Assembly: GCF_002105155.1 (NCBI RefSeq)
Contig: NW_019028991.1
Span: forward strand, 310,001-374,000
Reading direction: 5' to 3'
DNA length: 64,000 bases
Origin: Lobosporangium transversale
Lineage: Eukaryota
Shown: positions 38,853 through 51,651 of the stretch, piece after piece
Numbering within the stretch: the first letter of the stretch is position 1
Layout of the letters: every line of letters begins with the position of its first letter
Position numbers and translations under genes: made by a program
The notes under the pieces: model-generated
Databases searched by the model: none
What the model was told of the DNA's origin: nothing
What the model saw: only the letters and a program-made list of their open reading frames with translations

Positions 38853-40232
38853 ATGACTAAGGAAAATATTCTTTTCATGGGCACTGTCCGTCATGCAAAG
38901 GCACAGGAAGCTGAACTTGCGGCAAAATACAACATCTATGTAAAAGAGAATTCAAGGCATTTTGTGGCTAATGTCACTAATATCATACATAAGGATAAAA
39001 AAGAAAAAGAAAAAAAGAAGAAGAGGATTGATAATCTTTTTTTTTTTTTTTCTTTTTTTTTTCACACGACTATGGGGCAATAATTAGTATGCAGGATCAA
39101 CTCGGGAACTATTGGAGGAACAACTCAAGAATGCTAAACGCCAGGGTCTCACCTTCAAGGCCCTGTATCGAGGATATGCTTCACATTATGTAATTTGAAC
39201 AAACGAGTGAGACATCCTTATCCTCATTATTTATTATTATTATTATTTTTTTTTTATTTTTTTTTATTTTTTTTTTAATAGAATTTTATATCATTGACCA
39301 ACCCCTCTCTTCTTTTTTTTTTTTTTTTTTTTTATTTATTATTATTTTATTATTTACCCTCATAATAGACCCTTGGACGAGTTGATGGACCTTTACTCGG
39401 CTTATTTTCCCCTGGCCTTGAATTGATCAGCAGTGTTGGGGCTGGATACGATTTTGTAGATGTAGTTGTGGCCACTCGCAATAAACAATGGGTCACCAAC
39501 ACCCCTGGAGTTGTGGATGATGCCACAGCAGATGCAACAATCCTCTTGATGTTGAGCACCCTTCGTCGTTACTACGAAATCGAGTATGCAATGCGTAACG
39601 GTCTGACGCCGACTCAGAAACCCAGGATTGGTCGTGATCCTACAAACATGACTCTCGGCATCGTGGGCTTGGGTGGAATCGGAAAAGCGGTCGCCAAACG
39701 TGCGTTGAGCTTGGGGATGAAGGTAATCTACTATAATCGCCGTCCCATCTCCATCCCCTCTTCTCCTTCAGAAAATACAACAGAAAAAGAATATTCTTTC
39801 TTGAGAGATGTCGAGTATGTTGCTTCACTGGATCAACTCTTACAGACCGCAGACGTAGTCTCGATTCATGTCCCGCTCTCTCCAGAGACCCATCATCTGT
39901 TTGGAAAAGACCAATTTCTCAAGATGAAACAAGGCTCTTACTTGATCAACACATCACGAGGACCCGTTGTGGATGAGGAAGCTTTAGTTCAAGCTTTAGA
40001 ATCCGGTCATCTGGCCGGTGCAGGCTTAGATGTCTATGAGAACGAACCCAAGGTCCACCCAAAGCTTTTGAAGAACATGAACGTTGCATTGATGCCCCAT
40101 CTAGGTGCGTTCACTATCGAGACCATCACTAAGATGGAGACCTTAAGCATGAAAAACATCGACCTCTACTTCTCCACAGGATCTTTGCTCACCCCTGTCA
40201 ATAATTTTAACAAAAAAGGAACACTACCCTAG
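38853..40232 (+). CDS. D-isomer-specific 2-hydroxyacid dehydrogenase (glyoxylate/hydroxypyruvate reductase-like); exons 38853-38939, 39088-39189, 39369-40232
   Basis: VGAGYDFVDV, VTNTPG, GIVGLGGIG Rossmann motif, INTSRGPVVDEEAL, GLDVYENEP, PHLGA. Confidence 0.93.
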
Positions 40233-40403
40233 CTCTTCATTATCTTTACAAACCCAAATAAACAACATCAAGTATTTTAATTGAAGATTTTTATTTCAAT
40301 GGAGCAAATATCAAAGCTATGGCAAAAAACTTAAAGAAAATACTATCTTCACAATTACTTTTTTTTTTTTTTTTTTTTTTGTTAGTTGCTAATTTGGACT
40401 GGC

Positions 40404-41473
40404 TCATCCTAGGCGCGGTTCTTTGTGCGCAGCAGTGGCATGTGTGTCAGCAGCATTGCTTTTGAAATAGCAACGATAGTAAGTAATAATAACATTAAGA
40501 ATAAAGAATAAAAAAGAAAAAAAAAAAAAAAAAAAAAAAGTCATGGGTAAGTAACAGACATCCTTAACAGTATGCTAAACCTTAATCACAGTATCACGAT
40601 AGACAAAAGCACACTTACTTGACGATCATGCCTAGAGGCCGTTTCAGCCCCGTGCCTTGAGCCACCTTTGAAAACTGAATATCGTGCTGATTGGCTGATG
40701 GAGTAGTCGTTGCCGTTTTTTGGCCCGGAGCCGCTTTGCTAAACTTGAAGGATGATAAGGCTCCATATGACGACGCCGATGGTGATGGCGGTGATGCTGC
40801 TGATGGTGAAGATGCCATGCTATTAGCCAAAAACACATTCCTATTACCATTCGCCGCTGGTGTCTTGAGCGCGCTCATGGTTCCTTGTGTTTTTGTGGAG
40901 CTACCTGTTCGCTGCTGCTGTTGCTGCTGCTGTGGGTTTTGAGAATGTCTAGTGTTGATGCTGGATGGGGATGTCGTTGCATGATATGTGACGTTGTTAC
41001 GAGGTGAAGATGAGGGTGGTGTTGATAATATTGAAGATGATGATGACGACATGGATTTTGTTGCTGCGGCCGTTGTCAAAGACGTTTGCTTGGAAACAAA
41101 AGGATTATCATCTTGGTGCACCTGATTATTCTGTCCGCCAGGACCACTATTGGCATTGTTACTGATAGGTGTTGGCATGTTGAACGGTACTGACTTTTGT
41201 CCTTGTAGCTGAAACAACTGTGGATTTGTCGATGTTTTCGTCGGCGTTGTCTGCACTAGAGAAGGACTGCTCGTTGACCTATTGAGTGATCCGGAACGCC
41301 TCAAAACTGGGGTTCCTGTCGATACTTCACCCGACTTCATTCTGACGGGAGAATCTTCTGGCATGATCTCTGTGGTATCCATTTCAATATCAAAATCCGA
41401 AAAGCGAGGACTTTCCGGTTGAGATGCTTTGGTGTCCTCAATATCAGCACCGAAGAACAAATCATCTGAACAC

Positions 41474-41504
<31 letters not shown>

Positions 41505-41872
41505 AAAAGAAAAAAGGCACGGCTGCTTTTAGAGATGAAATGAAAATCAACCTGGGCCAGTCAGATTGTTAGTAGAACGCTTAATGCTGCTTACCATCAT
41601 CTTCAGGCTCAAGCACTGAGTTCGAGCTGTTTTGGTTCGAGGGCATATTCTGGCCACCGAAGTTTGGCGTTGTCATCGCCTCTATAGGTTTGGGCTGATT
41701 TAAAGGCACTGTAGCTGATACCCTATTCGGTGGCTGTCCTGTGGATAAAGGATGAGATTGCTTGTTGGTGAATGTAACACTATGATTTGATGTGTTTGGC
41801 TGTAAGGTATCTGCTCGTTTATCATATGGTGTGATTGAAGATTTAGCGCTATAAGTTGTTTGTTGATTCCGT

Positions 41873-41907
<35 letters not shown>

Positions 41908-43019
41908 ATAGTTCTGATAAGGCTGTTGCTGCTGTTGCTGCTGTTGTTGTTGATGTTGATTTTGATGTTGTTGCGGCTGATGACTCTGCTGATTTGTATG
42001 ACCTGTTGGAGACGAAGGTTGTGCCTCAGTTGAATCATTATAAAAGATTTCCTTATCATCAAATCTTGGCTAATGAATATCACAAAAACAAAAAATTCAT
42101 TTATGCTTCTTTTTTTTTTTTTATACATTTTTACTTTTCAAATAAGAACCCCATGTCAGTTAGATATTAACCTTATCGACTTTTTGCATACTCAGATACT
42201 TGCAAAAGTTCTTGTCATATAAGCATGTGCCCAAAACATTGCCAAAAGACGTCAACGCCCGCTTAAGTGCGTCTGTTGTTGCCTCTTTTTTAGCCTACAA
42301 AAGATATTGGAGTGTGCCACGTATTTTAATATTAAGCTAGTTACTATCTTTCCAGACATAAAATTTAATGCATTCTGGATTCCTTTGACTTTTTTTTTTT
42401 TTTTTTTTTTTTTTTTCTTTAATCTACAAACCTTTTCAAATGAAGATGCTTTGCTTTTCTGATTCTCTGAAGAGCCATATCCAATATCCTAAAAATAAAA
42501 AAAAAAAAAAAAAAATTGTTTTGTTAGATAAATTTTTGATAGGGTGATCTGTATGCTGTTTATATTTTTAATAAATCTACCAACCTCGTGAAAAGTTCCG
42601 TCCTTGAGCGTAACTCTGACCATGATGGAAACGCCGAGGGATATTCTGCCCTCATGATCAATATCAAGGAAATCTACTGTGACATCAGTGATAGCAGAAC
42701 TCCATCCATCAAATCCAAAGAGTTTATTGGCCAGATTCTTGATCCTCCAACCCTCAATATAAGTGAGCGTGGACCGGCCAGGACCAGCACGCGTTGAAGC
42801 GAATTCGGGACGCAAGTATTTAGGCAGGTCTACACTGAGTCGAGCCTTCTCTTCAGGCGTAAAGTCGATCAACTTTGTAGGGTTTGTTTGCGATAGGCGT
42901 GACATGTTGGTTTGAATATCAGCGGTGTCGATGAATGGGTTATTGCTGCTGTTGGTCAGAGATGCAGACGACGAACTGAAGAGATTGGTAGATGTGCCTG
43001 GTTCGGCTTTTAAAATCAT
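40404..43019 (-). CDS. RAD52: DNA repair/recombination protein Rad52; exons 43019-42585, 42488-42432, 42294-42172, 42069-41595, 41465-40619, 40458-40404 (start codon uncertain)
   Basis: [85 protein letters not shown]-rich tail and a C-terminal KRP...KEPR NLS-like end. Confidence 0.95.
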
Positions 43020-43183
43020 GGGCACTACGGGAAAGGAGATGTGATTAGAATAAAGTGGGATGCAATTCTTATTGTGGACAATTTGAAGAGGAAAGAAGTA
43101 CAAAAATATGAATTCTCAAAGATGGTGGAATGTTATTAATGACACAAGGTTTGCTTTTTGGTGGCAACGGAGGGAAACAATTT

Positions 43184-43299
43184 TTTGCCGCTTTTGGATC
43201 GTGCGCGTCGAAGACCGAAAATTGGACTAAGCCACTCACACTATCCATGATTGGCTGAACAGGCACGCTCACTAGAATTTGGCTTTCAGTCATACGCGT
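43184..43299. promoter_or_regulatory. Putative G1/S elements upstream of RAD52: E2F-type TTTGCCGC (43184-43191), ATTGG/CCAAT box and MCB ACGCGT (43294-43299)
   Basis: Motifs are seen directly. They are short, so chance occurrence is possible. Confidence 0.35.
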
Positions 43300-44008
43300 C
43301 GCGGAGGGATCTTAAAACCGTTTATACCGCCTTACAAGTAGACCAGAAGCGATCACCCCTTAGCAGTCTTCCCCTGTCTCTTGATCGTATCATTTCAAAC
43401 CATACCACCCAGTGATGCCTTCCCGCCTACCACGCTTCCGAAATACACATAACAGCGCTCTTTTCCCTACAGGTACATTCTCTGTGTCTATGCAAAGAAT
43501 TGACTGCAAATATCTCCAAACCTACCCTATGAGCTCGTGACGGCATAGCTGAGTACAGAAGAGAAGATTTTCTTTTCTTTCAACTTCCCTTTCTTAAGGC
43601 TATTTCAACGCTCTCCATACCCTCAACCATTTCTTTTTTTAAGAAAGTGTGAGTTTGCAGCCTCTTCCTTGTCACATTTTACTTTTCAACAATAGTAACC
43701 AGGGAAGATATCCTTTTCATGGATACGCCAACTACCGTTCCCTCGGTGCGAGACATTGTATCATCGCGATGTGACGGCAGGCTAGGACTTCCGTATTGTT
43801 GAAGAGAATCATTTGTATCAGTAGTGGTAATACTTCCGTTCCAACAGTGCGTGACAGCAAATGCGCTAAAAGACGAAGATATATTTTGCAAAATCAGATT
43901 GATGCCTTTTTTTTTTTTCTTGTGTCGCTCACATGAGCAGCATTTAAAATTGGCACAAAAACTCCCCTCTCTATCTTACTTGCGTTTTCGATAGTCGATG
44001 GACTCATC

Positions 44009-45600
44009 ATGTCCACACGGCACACTGCCACCAGCATGGATAACAATAAACACCCAGTTAAGTACGAAAAGCAGGACGAAGATTATCAAATGGTAGAGAA
44101 AATGAGAGGAAAGACTTTATATGCGTGGGAGGTAAGGAAAGTCCAATGGATAATCAAGTATTTCGCAATGATACCGTTTTCTTTTTTTCTTTTTTTCTTT
44201 TTTTCCCCATTTTTTGAGCATCAATTTTTGCTGGTATTTAGAGATTTACTATGGGTCAAGATAAACGAGATATCAAGTCCATTTTAGAATTTTTTCAGAA
44301 AATTGTTATTTCATATGATATCAATCTTGCTGATATTGATGAAGAAGGCAAATATACGCCTGGAGGTTCGGAACGCTATTTGGAGCCTGTGCTGGAGCAT
44401 CTGCTAAAGAAAGACCCAGGGATACCATCTCTCGAGCGACATCCATCGGTATCGTCAAGGACAAGCCAACGGATCTTTTATTGCCCAAGGCAATGCAGCA
44501 AGGCGCCGTATCTGCTCCATTAAATGTTAAGCAACGTGATGGCCAGCTTGTGTCCTCATTAGATGCTCCTGGAAACCAGTACATGCATTCTCCACCCTCC
44601 TCAGAAAACCTGCATACAACTTCGTTGCCATCGGTATTTCACAACTATATACAACTTGTACCTGTCGAAGCGCCATATTGGGCTTCCCAGTCATCATCTG
44701 TTTTATTCCACTCTGCTACTGCTTTTGTTGTCATGACTGCTCCACAGCAGTGTATTCGGAGACCCCCTTCACCTCAAAAAGGCCTCCCAGACCACTTTCC
44801 TGTGAAATGAGAGTCGGCTACGAATGAGGAGAGTGAAATCGATTACCTCCAAGGGTCGGGTCTCAAGTCCTCCACAGAAGCTCCGCCCAGATGCAATACC
44901 GACAGCAATTTAATATAGCAAGTAAAGAAGCGCCAGAGAGGGCAACACTAAGAAGATCTAGAGATAAGAGCTCGCTTGGATATTGAACTTTTTTTGCGAC
45001 AACTTGCTTTTAGACTCTTGGACTCCAACACAAGGTATTGAAAGGTTACTAACGGATTTTTATGAGACCAACCTACTTTTTCAAGCATGTTTTCAACCTA
45101 AAGCAGCAATTAAAATTATTGCGAACGATCTGAATATGGGAGCGAGAAACATCTGCGCGTTGTTGCCCTCTTATAAATGTGACCTATCATCATTATGTGT
45201 GACGGTCGATAACTTGGCCTGAGTGTTTAGCTCGTCTTTGCCAATTTCTGCCAAGTGCTTTGCAATATTGGCTTGCGCTACGGATGAAGATGTATTTTGA
45301 CAGATGAAATACTGATGAAACTCAAACTAGAGGAGGCAGAGATACTGATGGAGGTACGAACATCAGGAGTAGCAACAAGAAAGACGTGCTTTGCCTCTCT
45401 CTTGGCGACGGTGGCGTTGTGATTTTGCCATAGCGAGCACCATAATTGAAATCATATGTCGAGCCTCGTACGGATTAGCTTGGAAGGAGCTGTCTATGAG
45501 CGCGTTTTATTCCACGAAGAGAGCCTAATACGAGCATTGGACAATCGATCGACTATTAATGATTGATCAATAATATGCCATTCCTGGGTTGTGAAAACTA
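44009..45600 (+). pseudogene. Probable decayed gene of unknown family (end coordinate approximate)
   Basis: ATG 44009 exon joins through a phase-0 GTAAGG...TTAG intron (44132-44241) to 44242-44523. Coding-like sequence then continues through a frame change (44481-44810) and many in-frame stops. Confidence 0.4.
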
Positions 45601-45712
45601 AGGTGATATGACAGGGTAAATGAAAGTGATATGCAATATGGATGTGTGGCGAATAAGGAGAGGGCACTCAACTCAAATCAAATCCAATCTCAATCTTCTT
45701 CAATCTCCCGCC

Positions 45713-45743
<31 letters not shown>

Positions 45744-46604
45744 TATGGTCCGAGACCACCCCCCTACAAACTTTTCCACTTCAACAGACTCATGCCCAGT
45801 GAAGTGGAAATAAATAGAGTATTTTTTTTTTTTTCATTCTTTTCGAAATCAATGTTCATTGCTTCTACCTCAGTCTAAACTACACTAATCTCATTTCTAA
45901 ATCGGACTCGTTTATTTTTATTATTTTCTTCTTCCTTTGACGTACCTTCTGTTAAAATCTAACTAACATTACACTGCATTACACTACACATCAAGCTAAC
46001 TGAATAACATTACACAGCTCGGGCCTTTATTTTTAATGAAGACCACTTGATTATTTAGCCCACAACAGTTAATGGTGTGTAATTGAATGTGTATAAACCA
46101 TGGCTGTAGTGTGTGAATAGTTCGTCTGAATGTGTGTGTTACATGTGTGTAATGGTGCACCCTCAACAAAAGCAACAAAAGCAACAAAGCACAACAAAGC
46201 AACAAAGCAACAAACAGTGGCATACCGTCAAACGTTTTTTTCGGCCGTGTCTTATCTGTCTCACCTCGTGGCATCAACATTTTATTTTTCCCTCTCCTCT
46301 CTTCTCTCTCTCTTAACATGCACTCTGCCCTTTTCTTTTTTCTTTTTTCTTTTTTCGTTTTTTCGACTTGACCCTGTTGATTGAGCTTTTTTTTTTTTTT
46401 TTTTTTTTTCCTCCACTTCTAATTGACATTCATTCTTTTTACTTTTTCATTCTTCCTCTCTTCTCTCTCTTTGTCTCTCTTAAACAGGCACTTATTTAAT
46501 AATTTATTCAACCTAACCCAACCTAACCTTCTCGCTGACATTCTAAAACTCGCCGATTTACGAGCCAACGGAAAAAAAAAAAAAAAAAAAAAACTCTCTC
46601 AACC

Positions 46605-46778
46605 ATGCCCGAGACTGTATGGGCAATTCACAACTTTGAGGCTGAGGCGGAGGATGAGATCTCATTTCAGATTGGTGAACCCATCATTGTCCTTCATAGA
46701 GATGAACTTTATCAGGATGGTTGGTGGGAGGTAAGTAAATTAACATTAATAATTATAATAATAATACGTTTTAAACGA

Positions 46779-46809
<31 letters not shown>

Positions 46810-47544
46810 GCAACTTTTCTGGTTCGCAAAAGGGTATGGAAGCTGACTGGCCTTCGAGTATAGCATCACCAAGCAGAAAAAAAAAACTATATCAACTTCT
46901 TTTCATTTTACAGCTCATTGTCAGCATGCTTTATCTGTGCACTCACCCAACGCACTATCAACGCTCATTGACATGTCATCAATGAGCCAGAAGTGTGGAG
47001 ACTTCTCTCTTCTGACAAAAGGCTTTTTTTTTCTGGGAATGGAAAGATATTTTAAAAATGAAAGCACGGATTCGTGCAATAATGAATTTCTGCGACAATT
47101 CCCCGACCTAAAAATATGGCCGAACGTCCATTTGTTGCCACTAAGACATGTGGCGATGATCATTTGCTTACGCGCCAAGGAAGCATATGCTCATACTTGA
47201 GAATAGCATGCGATTTCTTTATTCAAATGCCCCGCTCTTAAAGATTATCTGTAATATTAACCAATCTTGCTAATATTTCTACTTCCCTTTTTGTTTTTGT
47301 TTTTGTTTTTGTTTTTTGTTTTTTTTTAATGACATTCATTCGCTCTTTCCTACACAGGGTACCAACGTCCGTGGTGAAACTGGTCTCTTTCCTCAAAATT
47401 ACACAACACAGAGTAAGTCCACTCTTGAGGAGTTCTTGCGCATCTCTCTCTATGTGCTTGAGAAGCATGGATGACCGATTTGTCGCTACCATTGCACGAG
47501 GAATGAAACAAAAAATGGATGGAGGGAAGGATAAAAAAGGGCAT

Positions 47545-47576
<32 letters not shown>

Positions 47577-47960
47577 CAATGTTGTACGACAGTAAAATAA
47601 AGGATTAAGAAAGGAAACATTCGGTGCCTAGAATGGGAAACGGCTAACGATGCGCCAATGGTAGCAACAGGCGCTAGGGAGATGAGACGATGAATGTGAT
47701 CTTGCCAATTAACATAAGAGATAAAGAAACCAAGGGAAAGAGAGTGATTGACAAGGGAAGAGTGGGCATAGAGCAAACGGAGGAGCCCTCTTTGTTCTCT
47801 TGTAATCCTTCTCCCTTACATTTACTCAACATTCTGTACAACACCCTATGCTCTTGCTCATTCACTGCTCTTGTGCGTGCTTACAATAGTCAGCATGTGG
47901 ACGATGCTAAAGGGAGGGGTGCAAGGAGCTATTATGACACGGGTTATTATATAAATATGA

Positions 47961-47992
<32 letters not shown>

Positions 47993-50900
47993 CGTGAGCA
48001 CAACGCCTAACTTTTGATATACTCATCTTGTCTTCGCCATAAACTCTAGATCCACCAGAGAAACCTCTCCCCGAAGCCCCGTCAAGCGATTCAAACGCTT
48101 ATGGAAGTAATACTAACTCTGGAGTCGGTAGCAATGACTATAATGGCAATGGGAATAGCAGGAACAATAACCAAAATTATGCAAGCAATATCACCAATAA
48201 TAGCAGCAGCATGGGCCATACAACAGACAACCTTAATAACAATCACAATAACAGCAACATCCGTACACATGAAAGTCAAACCAACTCTAATGTTAGGATG
48301 CTTGCACAACAGAGTCAAAGCAACTACAACAACACCCCCAGTAATGGAAATAACATGTATATTCAACAGAACCCAGTGATTGCAAGCCCATCCGTTGACT
48401 CCACACGAGGTGGATCTCTCAGTGGTGGATCGATTAATGGTGCTCCAACAAGCAAAATCATTGCTCAGAACGTTGAGGAGAGCTTGTCTGACCCACAATT
48501 GGCTGGTCATCCATCAACTTGGTCTATTGATCAAGTAGCTCACTGGTTACGTTGTTGTGGATTCGGTACAGTTGTGTCCAGTTTCATAGGTAAATATATA
48601 CCAATTGGAATGAAATTTACTACTAACGAGTTCAGTACGACGTAGATAATGAAGGAGTAAGATAGAGCTCATAAATAATGGACTTGTTATTTTCATCCCA
48701 CGCAACATAGATAACGAGATTTCGGGTGCCATTCTGTTGGAGCTTAATCTGAACAACCTGAAAGAATTGGATATCACTTCATTCGGAAAACGATTCAACA
48801 TCATAAATGCCATCACATCGTTGAAACAGTTGACAAAGAGCAATCTTGACTCCAAAAACTCTTATGGTGGTCTATCCAACATGTCATCCATGTACAGTGT
48901 TGGTAGCCCCGGCGGCCCAAATATCCCTCCCCGCATGACATCTGCTCCTATCAACGTTCCTGCCAATGGTGTAAACTTGCCTGAGCCGCGTGCTTCTTAC
49001 GACTCAAGGGGTGACTACCTGCGTGACTCTCGGCACAAAGATCTTAGTGATCCTCGGAATGCACCTCTACCACCAGGCCCATCTCATAATGCGCGACTTT
49101 ACCAGCAGATCCATGCTCAGAATCTGGCTTCATCATCACAGCAACCTCTACAAACACTTCCACAACAACAACAGTTTTCAGACTATGACATTCAGGCAGG
49201 CCAACCTCAAAATCGATCTGCTGCCAATCTTGCACGCTCTGATACTTTGGGGTCCGTTATGAGCGGTGCCAGCATCGGAGACTATGGCTCGCCGACTTTA
49301 GTCGATGCACCTAGTCTGAATGGCCAACGTCAGAGCGCAACATCTGCCTTCTCTTCAAACCCGAATCTCCATCGTAGCAATAACCCCTGGGATCGCCATG
49401 CTTCTCGCGCACCTCAGCCACAGATGCCCAGCCCTGTAGCATCGCAGCCACGAGGCGCTCTATCAACCGATTTTGACAATATGGGATATGGTCAACAGCA
49501 ATCGCCCCAGCCACAGCTTCCAATGGACCACTACCCACGGCCAATGGAAGTAAGTAGAAATGCACCAGGCAGCCCCGAAGTGCTTCGTCCCGATCCATAC
49601 TCAAACTCGATGATGTATGAGCAGCCCACCCCCAAGCCTCGCAAATTTCATAATCCAGACACAACAAACCGTCCCCAAAACGGTAAAGCAGATCCTTCAG
49701 ATAAGGTTGTACCCTTAGAGCTGATTGGTAGGCCAGATTATGCAGGTTGGCTCAAGAAACGTGGCGATACCTATCGGACCTGGAAGAGCCGTTGGTTCAT
49801 GTTGAAGGGAGTGACACTGTACTACATGAACTCACCTAAGGATAGTGCTAGCAAAGATTACATCAACTTGGTTGGATACAAGATTATTCAGGATGAGAAC
49901 ATTTATGCAGGCAAGTACTGCTTCAAGGCTGTCCATGAGGACCTCCGGAACTTTTACTTCTATACAGATAGCGAGAGTGACATGAAAGGATGGCTCAAGG
50001 CTCTGATGAAGGTCACGATTGGACGGGACCCTACTGCACCAGTGATCTCCTCCAGTAACATCCCTACAATTCCTTTGCATGTGGCTCGAAAATTGGCTCC
50101 TCGTCCTCCCTCTCCTTCGAGGCGTGTAAATCGTAATCTTGGGGCTAATGGGCAGCCGATTCATTCTCAGCAGCTGCAAAAATTACAATATGATCAAGGT
50201 TTTCAACAACAGAAGCAGCTATTGCAACAGCAGATGCAACAGTTGCAGCAGTCCTCTCAGCCTCAGCCCAGGTCGTCCCATCAGCAGCAGCAGTTGTTGG
50301 ACTATGATGACCATGATTCAGATGGTGAGGGTTACCATCCTAATGACTATAGCAACAACCATCCCGGTAATATTCCTCAAAAGAATGGTGATGAGAAACG
50401 TATTGCTGAGCATCCTGAAAGCCCCGTCTTGCAAAGTCTTTCAGTAGATCAGCAGCGCCATAGCTTTGTGCACTCAGACCAACGGGATGGGGACGATGAT
50501 CCATGGAGAGATGAGGATGGCGAAGGATTTGGGCATCAACAAAAGCAACAACAGCAGCAGCAGCAGCAACAGCAGCAGGAGTTGAAATATTTGCGTCCTG
50601 ATAGCGAGTTGGACTCGTTCCGACAGCCTAAAGATGTGTCGCAACCAAAGATACAAGAGCAAGAACCTCTTCCCATAAATACTCGTTGGACTCAGGAGCA
50701 ATATGTCGAGTGGATAAACCGCCATCTGCCTAGTACTGTGGAGCCAGTCTCAGACATGACTCAATCTCTTCGGTCGGGCGTAGTCCTTGTACGCCTGATC
50801 GAACAACTCTCAGGGGAAACAGTTGATAAGAGAGTCCCTAATGCGACCTACACGTTACAGATGCTGGAGAATTTATTGACGGCATTCAAGTTTATGGATC

Positions 50901-51355
50901 GCGTCGGGGTTTCAACCGACGGATATACTGTTAAGGATGTTTTTAACGGCAATGAAGAGAAGATTGCATTTATGTTTGAGGCTATTCGAGCCAGATTCCC
51001 AGAGAATACTCCATCTGGCCCTAATCCAACTGGTACGAATAGCAATGCCAGCGCCTCATCTGTATCCACTTTGCATCAGCAGCAGCAGCAGCTCTCAGCA
51101 TCTAGTTCACTCTCGACATTGAATGCCTCAGTGGCCCCCGCATCATCACTTCCACCTCTGCCTAATGGGCCAAGTAAAGGATCTCCTGTCCCAAAGATGA
51201 ACGGTCGTGCGAGCCCTGCTGTGATGAACAACAACTCTGGTCGATCTCCTTTGATTGGCAATGCTAATACTCCGCGAATGCAAATTCAGCATATTGGAGA
51301 CGAATCTGAGTATGAGGCCCTGTACGATGAAGCAGCTCGTAGCACCATCTCTTAA
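46605..51355 (+). CDS. Boi1/Boi2/Pob1-like polarity scaffold: SH3-SAM-PH plus C-terminal calponin-homology domain; exons 46605-46730, 47358-47412, 48050-48589, 48711-51355
   Basis: SH3 VWAIHNFEAEAEDEISF...DGWWE|GTNVRGETGLFPQNY; SAM WSIDQVAHWL...|NEISGAILLEL...FGKRF; PH GWLKKRGDTYRTWKSRWF...WLKALMK; CH YVEWINRHL...SLRSGVVLVRLIEQL...DVFNGN. Confidence 0.9.
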
Positions 51356-51651
51356 AGGAAGACGCAAAGAAAAACCGTAATGGGCCTCTTTCTCACATCC
51401 ACATTTATTTACACAGACCTTTACATTCACATATTTATTGTTTATTTCCCTTCACGCACACATTTACATGTGTCAACAAAAAAAAAAAAAAAAGAAAAGT
51501 AATATTAATATTAACTAATAAGCACAAAAAGTAAATAGATAATATAATAATAAAATAATAATGATAAGGACAATGCATTTATTTTTTTATTTTACTTTTT
51601 TGATCCTATTACGTTCGATTTTTATAACAACATTTGTTTCTTTGTTTCTTT

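Noticed and set aside
44808..44810. In-frame TGA as possible selenocysteine or readthrough
   Set aside because: Followed by further TAG/TAA stops and frameshifts; no selenoprotein context or SECIS seen.
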